The notes under the pieces: model-generated
Databases searched by the model: none
Told to the model about the DNA's origin: nothing
What the model saw: only the letters and a program-made list of their open reading frames with translations
Translations under genes and position numbers: made by a program
Assembly: GCA_965224025.1 (NCBI GenBank)
Contig: OZ245033.1
Span: forward strand, 1,120,001-1,184,000
Direction of reading: 5' to 3'
Length of the DNA stretch: 64,000 nucleotides
Source: Candidatus Multivorans sp.
Lineage (GTDB): Bacteria; Acidobacteriota; Thermoanaerobaculia; Multivoradales; Multivoraceae
Part shown: positions 21,505 through 31,293 of the stretch, one piece after another
How the letters are laid out: every line of letters begins with the position of its first letter
Numbering within the stretch: the stretch's first letter is position 1

Positions 21505-21560
21505 CACCTACGGGAGACGCGCCGGAGCGCCGGTTCGAATTCGACGGTCTGACCGGCGCC

Positions 21561-23726
21561 GTGGACCCGGCGGCCGCCTCCGGCGACCTGGACGCCGACT
21601 TCGAGGCGGCGCTTCGCCGCGTCCTCGATCCGGCGAACGCCGGCCGCGGCCTTCACTGGGGCCGGAGCTACCTGTACGAGACCGCGTGGCGGCGTGGCCG
21701 GGACAAAGGCGACGTCGCCGTTGTCGTCAAGCAGTTCCGCCACGACGATCTGCGGGCCAGGTTTCGCCGTCGCCGGCGGGGCACTCGGGCACGCCTGAGC
21801 TTCGATACCGCGCGCAGGCTGCGGCGGCTGGGTATCCCGACGCCGGAACCGGTGCTCCATGCCGAGTCGGAGAGCGTGGAGGGCCCCGCCTGGTTCGTGT
21901 GCCGGCGGGTGCCGGAGGCCCTGGAACTGCGCTACGTGCTCAGGGCTCTGAATGCAGGCGAGGCCACGGCGCGCTTCCCCGGGATCGACGGAGCGGTGCT
22001 GCTGCGGCGGGTCGGCGCCCTGGCCGCGGAACTGCACCGCCACGGCATCTGGTTCCGGGACCTGACCTCCGGCAACGTGCTGCTGTCGGAACCGACCACG
22101 GATGCCGAGCTGTACCTCGTGGACCTGAACCGCGCCCGCTTCCGGCGCCGGCTGTCGGTGAGTCAACGCCTGCGGGATCTCAGCCGGATGCCCGTGTCGC
22201 GGCCGGCGGACCGGGCGGAGTACCTGTGCGGCTACCGCCCCGGTGGGCTGCCCTGGTATCAGCGGCTCTGGTTTGAGGTCTACCACCACGGTTTTCGTCT
22301 CAGGATCCGCTCCAAGGAAGGCGCCCGCCGGGGGCTGCGCCGCATTGCCGATCTGCTGCTGCCCCGCCGCGGCGCTCATCCCCACATTCCGGCGGCGGAC
22401 CGCGGAGCGAGGGCCCAGGAGCGGGCGGTCTGGGATCCGCTCACCGACCAGCCGCACCAGCAGGCGACGCGCAGCCAGCGGTTGGGGGTCCGTCTGCGCG
22501 ACGTTGGCCACCATGCCCGTCCGCTGCTTCGCGCCGCCGGGCCGCTGATCGCATCGGTCGTCGAGGGGAAGCGCCTCCGCCGACGCATCGAACGGGCCGC
22601 GGAGAGGGTTCCCTTCCATGGCCTCGGCGTGGCGGTCGGTCCGGGCTCGGCGCCGGTCGGCGCCCTGGTCGAGGCGATCGACGATCTCCGGGTCGAAGGC
22701 GTGTTGCTGCGCTTCCATCTCTGGCGGGGCGTGGACGGCGACCTGTTGCAACTGGCGGAGATCCTCAGCCGGGCCAAAAGGAGGCCGGTCGACGTCCTGT
22801 TCCAACTCAGCCAGGATCGGTCGTTGGTGCGGGACAGCGGACTCTGGCGACGGCGCGTCGAGGAAGCCACTGCCTTGCTCTCGCCCTTCGGTCGCAGGTT
22901 CCTCATCGGACAGGCGCCCAACCGCAGCAAGTGGGGCGTGTGGCGCCCGGACGAGTACTGGAGTCTCCTGGCTGCCGGCGTCGAAGCCGTGCGGGCCGCG
23001 AATCGGGATGCGTGCGTACTCGCTCCGGCGGTCATCGACTTCGAGCCGCACGCGACGGCCGGACTGGTCCACTCCGGGTTGCCGGAGCACCGCTTCGATA
23101 TCCTGGCGAGTCAGCTCTACGTCGACCGGCGGGGGGCGCCCGAGAACCGCCAACTCGGCTTCGACCTCGCCGGCAAGCTGGCCGTGTTGCGGGCCGTTGC
23201 CCGCGGAGCTCCGGACTGTGCGTCGGATCGAAGCTGGGTCACCGAGTTCAACTGGCCGCTCAAGGAGGGTCCCCACGCCCCTGCCGGACGCGACGTTGCC
23301 GTGGACGAGGACACTCAGGCCAGCTACCTGGTCCGCTACTGCCTGGAGGCTCTGGGGACCGGCCTTGCCGAGCGCGTCTTCTGGTGGCAGTTGGCGGCGG
23401 CCGGCTACGGGCTGATCGATCCCCGGGCCGGCGCCTTGAGGCGGCGGCCGGCCTACCGTGCCCTGCGTCAACTCCAGCGGGAGTTGGCCGGCGCCGGGGT
23501 CGAACGCCTGCTGCTGCCGCCGGGAGTGCGCGGCTACCGGGCGCTCCGTCAGGGCCGGGAGGTCCAGGTGCTGTGGGCGCTGGATCGTCGCGGCCGGGCC
23601 TACCGTCCCCCCGTCGGCGTCCGCGCCGCGCGCGACCGCGACGGGGTTGAACTGGCTTCCGGCCCGGTGCGGCTCGGCGCCGCGCCGGTCTACTTCGAGA
23701 TCGCGAGAGACGGCGCCGCGACGTGA
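21561..23726 (+). CDS. Fusion of a Kdo/WaaP-type (LPS kinase-like) domain and a TIM-barrel glycoside hydrolase-like domain
   Basis: VVVKQF, HGIWFRDLTSGNVLL and LVDLNR in the kinase half; IGQAPNRSKWG, LYVDRRGAPEN, WVTEFNW and RVFWWQL in the GH-like half. Confidence 0.7.
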   Translation: MDPAAASGDLDADFEAALRRVLDPANAGRGLHWGRSYLYETAWRRGRDKGDVAVVVKQFRHDDLRARFRRRRRGTRARLSFDTARRLRRLGIPTPEPVLHAESESVEGPAWFVCRRVPEALELRYVLRALNAGEATARFPGIDGAVLLRRVGALAAELHRHGIWFRDLTSGNVLLSEPTTDAELYLVDLNRARFRRRLSVSQRLRDLSRMPVSRPADRAEYLCGYRPGGLPWYQRLWFEVYHHGFRLRIRSKEGARRGLRRIADLLLPRRGAHPHIPAADRGARAQERAVWDPLTDQPHQQATRSQRLGVRLRDVGHHARPLLRAAGPLIASVVEGKRLRRRIERAAERVPFHGLGVAVGPGSAPVGALVEAIDDLRVEGVLLRFHLWRGVDGDLLQLAEILSRAKRRPVDVLFQLSQDRSLVRDSGLWRRRVEEATALLSPFGRRFLIGQAPNRSKWGVWRPDEYWSLLAAGVEAVRAANRDACVLAPAVIDFEPHATAGLVHSGLPEHRFDILASQLYVDRRGAPENRQLGFDLAGKLAVLRAVARGAPDCASDRSWVTEFNWPLKEGPHAPAGRDVAVDEDTQASYLVRYCLEALGTGLAERVFWWQLAAAGYGLIDPRAGALRRRPAYRALRQLQRELAGAGVERLLLPPGVRGYRALRQGREVQVLWALDRRGRAYRPPVGVRAARDRDGVELASGPVRLGAAPVYFEIARDGAAT

Positions 23727-23740
23727 GATGATCGCTGGCG

Positions 23741-24541
23741 ATGTTCGAGGTGGCCCGATGTCTCATTCGCTACCGCGGCCTGCTGTGGACCCTGGTCCAG
23801 CGGGAGCTGCGAGCGCGTTACCGGGGCAGTGTGCTCGGGTTCTTCTGGTCCCTGGTCAACCCGCTGCTGCTGCTGGCCGTGTACTCCTTCGTCTTCGGCA
23901 TCATCCTGAAGCGAGGGGAAGTTGTTGAGGTCGAGCCCTACGGCGTCTTTCTCGTTACCGGCCTCTTCCCCTGGATCTGGGTCTCGACCTCGCTGCTCGA
24001 AGGCTGTTCGTCGCTGACCGGCAACAGCGCGTTGATCCGCAAGGCGGTCTTCCCGGTCGAGGTGCTGCCGGCGGTCGCGGTGGTGTCCAACCTGATGCAC
24101 TTTCTGCTCGCGCTGCCGATCGTCGCTCTGGCCCTGATCGTCGGCCGGCTGCTCGGCTATCCGATCGCCGGTTGGACCTTCGTGCTGCTGCCGCTCGTGC
24201 TTGTGATCGAGACGGTGATGGTCGCGGGCCTCGCCTTCGCCCTGTCGGCGCTCAACGTCCACTTCAAGGACGCGCGGGATCTGCTCGGCAACGTGCTCGT
24301 TCTGCTCTTCTTCCTGGCGCCGATCATCTACACCCTGAGCGATATCCCGCCCGAACTCGCCCGGTTGGTGCAACTGAACCCGATGACCTGGTTCACGGTG
24401 GCAATCCAGGATCTCCTGTTCGTCGGTCGCCTGCCCGAGGCCGAGGTCTGGCTGATCATGGCCGTGATCGCGGCGGCGTCCTGGGCGGTGGGCGCCAGCC
24501 TGTTCTCGCGCCTGAGCGACACGCTGGCCGAGGCGGTCTGA
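23741..24541 (+). CDS. ABC-2 polysaccharide export permease (Wzm-like)
   Basis: RELRARYRGSVLGFFWSL.NPL, LIRKAVFP, FKD, PIIY and LNPM. Confidence 0.92.
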   Translation: MFEVARCLIRYRGLLWTLVQRELRARYRGSVLGFFWSLVNPLLLLAVYSFVFGIILKRGEVVEVEPYGVFLVTGLFPWIWVSTSLLEGCSSLTGNSALIRKAVFPVEVLPAVAVVSNLMHFLLALPIVALALIVGRLLGYPIAGWTFVLLPLVLVIETVMVAGLAFALSALNVHFKDARDLLGNVLVLLFFLAPIIYTLSDIPPELARLVQLNPMTWFTVAIQDLLFVGRLPEAEVWLIMAVIAAASWAVGASLFSRLSDTLAEAV

Positions 24542-24542
24542 C

Positions 24543-26000
24543 TTGCCTCGGCCTGCGGTCGTTCTTCGCGGCGTCGGCAAACGCTACCGGCGCTCCGCCG
24601 GCGGCTATCGGCTGCGGACACTGAAGAGCGCGCTCCTCGAGCGCAGCCTGACCAGCGGACTGGCTACCGCCGACGTGGTCGAGGCCCTGACCGATGTCAG
24701 CTTCGAGGTCGCGGCCGGTGAGGCTGTGGGCGTCATCGGCGGCAACGGTTCGGGCAAGTCCACGCTGATCAAGCTGGTTGCGGGCCTGTTGCCGCCAACC
24801 TCCGGGGAACTTGCGGTCAATGGACGGGTCGCCGCCCTGATCGAGCTCGGCGCCGGCTTCCACCCCGAGATCTCTGGTCGGGAGAACATCTTCATCAACG
24901 GCGCGCTGCTCGGCCTCAGCCGCCGCCGGATCGAAGAGCGCTACGACGACATCGTGGAGTTCGCGGGGCTGGGCGACTTCGTCGAGGAGCCGATCAAGAA
25001 CTACTCCTCGGGCATGTACGTCCGCCTCGGCTTCTCGGTCGCCATCCATACCGACCCCGAGATCCTGCTGGTCGACGAAGTACTGGCGGTCGGCGACGAG
25101 GAGTTCGTTCACCGCTGCATCGCCCGTATCGAGGAGCACCTTGCCCACGGCGGCACGCTGCTCGTGGTGAGCCACTCGATGGGCCTGATCGACGAACTCT
25201 GCGACCGTGCGGTCTGGCTGGACCAGGGGCGGGCCCGGGCGATCGGTTCGACGCGGCGGGTGATCGACGCCTATTTCGAGGCCGTGGCCGCGCGCGAGGG
25301 CGAGGCCCACGATCGGCGCCGGGTCCGGGCCGCCGAACGCGGTGAGTCGCCGCCGGAGGGAGAAGAAACGGCCGCCGCGGCGGCGCCGGACGCGGAGGAG
25401 GAGATCCTGCGCTGGGGCTCCGGCCAGGCGAAGATCGTCGGCGCCCGCCTGCTGGCCGGCGCCTCGGGCGAGGAGCGCTATCACGTGCGCTGCGGAGAGG
25501 CGGTGGCGTTCGAGCTCGAGGTCGAGCCGCGGGAGGATCTCGACGACTTCGTCTTCGGGGTCGGTGTCAAGACGCCCCGCGGCGTCGACTGCTGGGGCAC
25601 GAACACCGATCTCGCCGGGTATGAACCGCGCCTGCTGCGCGCTCCGGTGCGCGTCCGGCTGGTCTGCCCGGAGCTGCGGCTGGCGCCGGGCGAATACACG
25701 GTCGATCTCGCGGTTCACGCCCGCGACGGCAGGGCTTACGACTACCGCCGCCGAGCGGTCCGTTTCACGGTGGCCGAGAGTTCGGCGCTCCGGAGCATCG
25801 GTTTCTACCTGCCCGACCATGAGTGGCGGGTGGAGGCGCTGGGCGGCGGCGCCGGCAACGGCGACGGGGCGGCCGACCCGCAAGCGGCGATCGATTGGCG
25901 TTCGCCCGCCCAACCAGATATCGCGCCCCCGCCCCGCGGCGGCGCCCGGAATGCCGGCCGGAAGGCCGGCGCAGCCAGTAACCCACGGAGAATGGAATGA
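24543..26000 (+). CDS. ABC polysaccharide export ATPase with C-terminal Wzt_C-like domain
   Basis: GGNGSGKST, ELGAGFHPE, YSSGMYVRL, LLVDEVLAVGD and an Ig-like C-terminal domain (LAPGEY). Confidence 0.92.
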   Translation: MPRPAVVLRGVGKRYRRSAGGYRLRTLKSALLERSLTSGLATADVVEALTDVSFEVAAGEAVGVIGGNGSGKSTLIKLVAGLLPPTSGELAVNGRVAALIELGAGFHPEISGRENIFINGALLGLSRRRIEERYDDIVEFAGLGDFVEEPIKNYSSGMYVRLGFSVAIHTDPEILLVDEVLAVGDEEFVHRCIARIEEHLAHGGTLLVVSHSMGLIDELCDRAVWLDQGRARAIGSTRRVIDAYFEAVAAREGEAHDRRRVRAAERGESPPEGEETAAAAAPDAEEEILRWGSGQAKIVGARLLAGASGEERYHVRCGEAVAFELEVEPREDLDDFVFGVGVKTPRGVDCWGTNTDLAGYEPRLLRAPVRVRLVCPELRLAPGEYTVDLAVHARDGRAYDYRRRAVRFTVAESSALRSIGFYLPDHEWRVEALGGGAGNGDGAADPQAAIDWRSPAQPDIAPPPRGGARNAGRKAGAASNPRRME

Positions 26001-26311
26001 GCGAGCGACCCAAGGAAGAACAGGCCGACCAGGATTCAGCTTCGTCGATCAACGTCAAGATCGGCGATGCCGAACTCAAGGGGGCCTACTCCAACCTGCT
26101 GCGCATCACGCACACCCGTGAGGAGTTCATCCTCGACTTCATCAACGTGGTGCCGCCCCAGGGCATCGTCAGCGCCCGCATCGTGACCAGCCCCGGCCAC
26201 CTGAAGCGGATCATCAGGGCGCTCGGCACCAACCTGCGCCGCTACGAGGAAGTCCACGGCGTCATCGAAGAGGCCCCGGACCCGACCGATCTGCACGGCC
26301 GCGTGAATTGA
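25997..26311 (+). CDS. DUF3467-like small protein
   Basis: GAYSN...HTREEFILDF...ARIVTSPGHLKR...YEEVHG pattern. Confidence 0.8.
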   Translation: MSERPKEEQADQDSASSINVKIGDAELKGAYSNLLRITHTREEFILDFINVVPPQGIVSARIVTSPGHLKRIIRALGTNLRRYEEVHGVIEEAPDPTDLHGRVN

Positions 26312-26314
26312 AGC

Positions 26315-28087
<1,773 letters not shown>

Positions 28088-28146
28088 GGGTGAAACGCTA
28101 CCAGCCCGCCGTGAGAATGGACGCTTCCGCGGTCTGGAATCTCAGG

Positions 28147-28893
28147 TCAGCGCGGCGGCCGCGGGCCGAACAGGGCGGAACCGATCCGCACGTGGGTGGC
28201 GCCCTCGAGCACGGCGGCCTCGAAGTCCGCGCTCATCCCCATCGACAGCCACCCTTCGCGCTCTCCGAACAGGCCGCGGCGACCCAGTTCGTCGCGCAGG
28301 CGCCGCAGGGCGGCGAAGTCGCGGCGCGCTTCCCGAGCGTCGCGACGACGGGGCGGGATCGCCATCAGACCGCGGATCGGCAGGTGCTGCAGGCCGGCGA
28401 GTCCGAGCATCGTTCCGACCTCCTCGGGCAGGAAGCCGTGCTTGTTGGGTTCTCGCCCGATGTTGACCTCGAGCAGACAGGTCCGGTTCACTCCCTGCCG
28501 GTTCCGCAGCACCCGATCGAGCCGCTGTGCGACCTTCACCCGGTCAACGGCCTCGAAGACGTCGAAGACACCGCACGCCCGCGGCGCCTTGTTCGTCTGC
28601 AGGGGCCCGATCAGGCGCCACTCGACGTGGTCGTAGCCGGCCTCGAGCAGCGCCGCGCGATGCGCCTCGCCCTCCTGGACCTGGTTCTCGCCCAGGACCT
28701 GGAGGCCGGCGTCGACGGCCTTGGCGATGCGCTCCAGGGACTGACGCTTGCAGGCGCCGACCAGGGTGACGTCGCCCGCGGCTCGGCCGGCGCGCCGGCC
28801 CGCCTCCGACAGCCGCTCCCTCAACTCCGCGTAGCGTTCTGCCGTGGACGTCCCTTGACCTCGGAGCTCACTCCGCCATGTTCCGCGGTTCAA
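28147..28893 (-). CDS. yggS: PLP homeostasis protein YggS
   Basis: LVGACK, GENQVQE, IGPLQTNK, GLMAIP, LSMGMS.DF and GATHVRIGSALFG; start uncertain. Confidence 0.92.
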   Translation of the reverse strand: MNRGTWRSELRGQGTSTAERYAELRERLSEAGRRAGRAAGDVTLVGACKRQSLERIAKAVDAGLQVLGENQVQEGEAHRAALLEAGYDHVEWRLIGPLQTNKAPRACGVFDVFEAVDRVKVAQRLDRVLRNRQGVNRTCLLEVNIGREPNKHGFLPEEVGTMLGLAGLQHLPIRGLMAIPPRRRDAREARRDFAALRRLRDELGRRGLFGEREGWLSMGMSADFEAAVLEGATHVRIGSALFGPRPPR

Positions 28894-28972
28894 GGTCCAG
28901 CGCCGCCAAACGCCTCGCAGGCTCGGCGTTTGGTTCCAGCCCCCGCCTCCTCTGGGGCTTGAACCTCAGAAC

Positions 28973-29722
28973 TCACTCCGTCTCGTTCTTCGGTTCAAGC
29001 TCCAGAAAGAGAATCCGTTGGCAGGAGTCGCAGGGAACGATGGCGCCCTGGGTCTGGATTTGCAGCACGACCTGGGGCCGGATGCGGTAGTTGCAGAACG
29101 AGCAGTGCCGGATTGGAGCCTTGGGGCTTTCGATGACCCGGATGACGGCCAGTGGGGTACCGCCATGGCGCTCGAACAGGCGCTTGTACTGGTTCAGGGC
29201 GGCGGGGGGCAGGCGTTCGCGAAAGACCTCGATCCGGCCCTCCAGCACTTCGACCCGCTTCCGCATCGCGGGCTTCTGCTCCTCCCAGGCGGCCAGAGCC
29301 TCCTGGTACTGCTGGTCCACGCTCTGGAAAGCCTCGCGGAGCTCGTCGAGCTGCGTCGACGCCTGGTCCTGGCGCTCGAGCGCCAGCAGCGCCTTCTCGT
29401 CGGCCTCCCGCATCTGGGCGCGGACGGTGTCGATCTCGCTCAGCAGGGCGCCGTACTCGCGCTGCGTGGTGACGCGGGAGATCTGCTCCTGATAGCGCTC
29501 GATGCTCTGCTTGCCCGCTGCGGACTCCGCTTCGGCCGCGCGCCGCTCCAACTCCGCCTGCTGGTGCCCCTCCTCTAGCTCTTCGATCTCGCTGCGCCTC
29601 ATCTCGTACTGGTCGTGAAGTTCCTGCATCGACTCGGGAACCCCGTCGAGCAGGGTGAGGCTGCGCTCGAGTTCTACGCTTGCCTCCTGTAGCTCTACGA
29701 TCGTGTCAAGGACTCTTTCCAT
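28973..29722 (-). CDS. Coiled-coil protein with C4-type zinc ribbon (DUF164 family)
   Basis: Long coiled coil, REYGALLSEI, and CSFC...CDSCQRIL. Confidence 0.88.
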   Translation of the reverse strand: MERVLDTIVELQEASVELERSLTLLDGVPESMQELHDQYEMRRSEIEELEEGHQQAELERRAAEAESAAGKQSIERYQEQISRVTTQREYGALLSEIDTVRAQMREADEKALLALERQDQASTQLDELREAFQSVDQQYQEALAAWEEQKPAMRKRVEVLEGRIEVFRERLPPAALNQYKRLFERHGGTPLAVIRVIESPKAPIRHCSFCNYRIRPQVVLQIQTQGAIVPCDSCQRILFLELEPKNETE

Positions 29723-29854
29723 TCAAATCCGTTCTTAAGCTGCCACGGTGACCGCGTTGTCGACCTGCCCGTCTCTTGCCGTCCACCGGCGAAAACACCG
29801 TTCTGTGAGGGGTTGCTGGGAGTTTGCAATCGCTGGATCCGCCGCTGCACGGTG

Positions 29855-29927
29855 TGGGTCCACCTGGATTCGAACCAGGGACCTGCCGGTTATGAGCCGG
29901 ATGCTCTAACCGCTGAGCTATGGACCC
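29855..29927 (-). tRNA. tRNA with CAT anticodon, most likely tRNA-Ile2 (lysidine); elongator Met not excluded
   Basis: GGGTCCA acceptor stem paired with TGGACCC, TAGCTCAG D-arm, CT-CAT-AA loop and GGTTCGAATCC T-arm. G1-C72 pairing argues against initiator tRNA; CCA not encoded. Confidence 0.9.
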
Positions 29928-30023
29928 TTGGACCCCAAGCGCAGTGCCGCAGTATAGCCCCAAGGAGGCCGCCCATGGGGTATAGTTGCCGGCACGCGAA
30001 CAGCGATCCAAGGAGGCGCCAGA

Positions 30024-30818
30024 ATGTCGAGATCCACTCCTGTCAGGCGGCCGGGTCGGGCGGTTCCAACTGCCGGCGCCGCGGCCATTCTTCTACTCGG
30101 CTTTCTGGCCGCGTGCGGACCCTCCGAGGAGGAGCGGACCTCTACGGCAAGGGCGGAGGCCTGGGCCGAACTGGAGGAAGCTCAGGCTTCCCTGAACGCC
30201 AAGCGCACCGACCTGGACCAGCTCCGTGCACGGGCGGTGGCGCCCGGCGAAGGGGAGGATGCCGACGCTCTCGCCGCTGAGACCGCTGCACTGGACGAGG
30301 AGATCGGCGCCGACGGCGAGGCTTTCTCGCAGAAGCTGGTCAACTACATCAACGAAGCCGAGTGGGAACTCGGCGGGGAGATGAACGAAGAGCAGCGGGC
30401 GGCCTTCGCGATGAAGTCCGGCGAGGACATGTACCTTGCCCAGGAATACGCGGTGAAGGGCGGCGACTACCGGCGGGCGATCGAAATCCTGCAGCGGGCT
30501 CAGGGAGTCGATCCGGACAACCCCGACCTCGCGGCGAGGATCGCCGAGTACGAAGCAGCACGCTATGTCTCGGTTGAACAGCTTGCGGAGGTCAAGCGGG
30601 GAATGACCGAGGCCGAGGTCGAGAGCGTCCTGGGCAAGGTCTTCCACAGCTACGTGCGGAACTTCCCGGATGAGAACGTGTTCGCCTGGTTCTACCCCAA
30701 GGACCCCGAACAGCACGGGGCCGGCGCCGCTGTCGGCGTCTTCTTCAACGAGAGCGACCGGAAGGTGTACCGCACCGATCCCAACGCGGTCGAGGGGAAG
30801 AACGAAGAAGAGGAGTAG
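30024..30818 (+). CDS. Lipoprotein with coiled coil, TPR-like repeat and SmpA/BamE-like C-terminal domain
   Basis: Lipobox LAAC; GDYRRAIEILQRA...DPDN; VKRGMTEAEVESVLG. Confidence 0.65.
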   Translation: MSRSTPVRRPGRAVPTAGAAAILLLGFLAACGPSEEERTSTARAEAWAELEEAQASLNAKRTDLDQLRARAVAPGEGEDADALAAETAALDEEIGADGEAFSQKLVNYINEAEWELGGEMNEEQRAAFAMKSGEDMYLAQEYAVKGGDYRRAIEILQRAQGVDPDNPDLAARIAEYEAARYVSVEQLAEVKRGMTEAEVESVLGKVFHSYVRNFPDENVFAWFYPKDPEQHGAGAAVGVFFNESDRKVYRTDPNAVEGKNEEEE

Positions 30819-30898
30819 CAGCCCGTGGCCGCCCCTGCGTGGCACGGAGGCTTGTGTCGAATGCAGCAGGGAGCGCCGAAGGGAGCGCCGCCCCGTCC

Positions 30899-30928
30899 TT
30901 GACGGCGGTAGGTCGCTTGGTGCAAAAT
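30899..30928 (+). promoter_or_regulatory. Putative sigma70 promoter of rpsU
   Basis: TTGACG-N18-CAAAAT upstream of rpsU. Confidence 0.4.
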
Positions 30929-31021
30929 GCGCTCTTCTTGTGGGTTGTCGTGCGTCGGCGGCCCCGGTGAGTCGGGTTCAGACCCAGGTCTGAGTTCACA
31001 AAGAGAGGACGAGTTCTGGCT

Positions 31022-31231
31022 ATGCCGGTTGTGCAGGTACGCGACGACGAGAGCTTCGAGAATGCGCTTCGCCGCTTCAAGCGGAAGTGCGAGAAGGAGG
31101 GCATTCTGACCGAGCTCAAGAAGCGCCAGCACTTCGAGAAGCCGTCGGTCAAGCGCAAGCGCAAGGTGATGCAGGCGCGCAAGAAGATGCTGCGCAAGCT
31201 GGCCGAGGAGCGCCGCGCCGGTCTGGCCTGA
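31022..31231 (+). CDS. rpsU: 30S ribosomal protein S21
   Basis: [20 protein letters not shown]...FEKPSVKRK. Confidence 0.97.
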   Translation: MPVVQVRDDESFENALRRFKRKCEKEGILTELKKRQHFEKPSVKRKRKVMQARKKMLRKLAEERRAGLA

Positions 31232-31293
31232 CCGACTGCCGGGCGAGGTTCCCCACGCCCACCGGATCCGGACCCCGCGGATCGGCAACGGAG

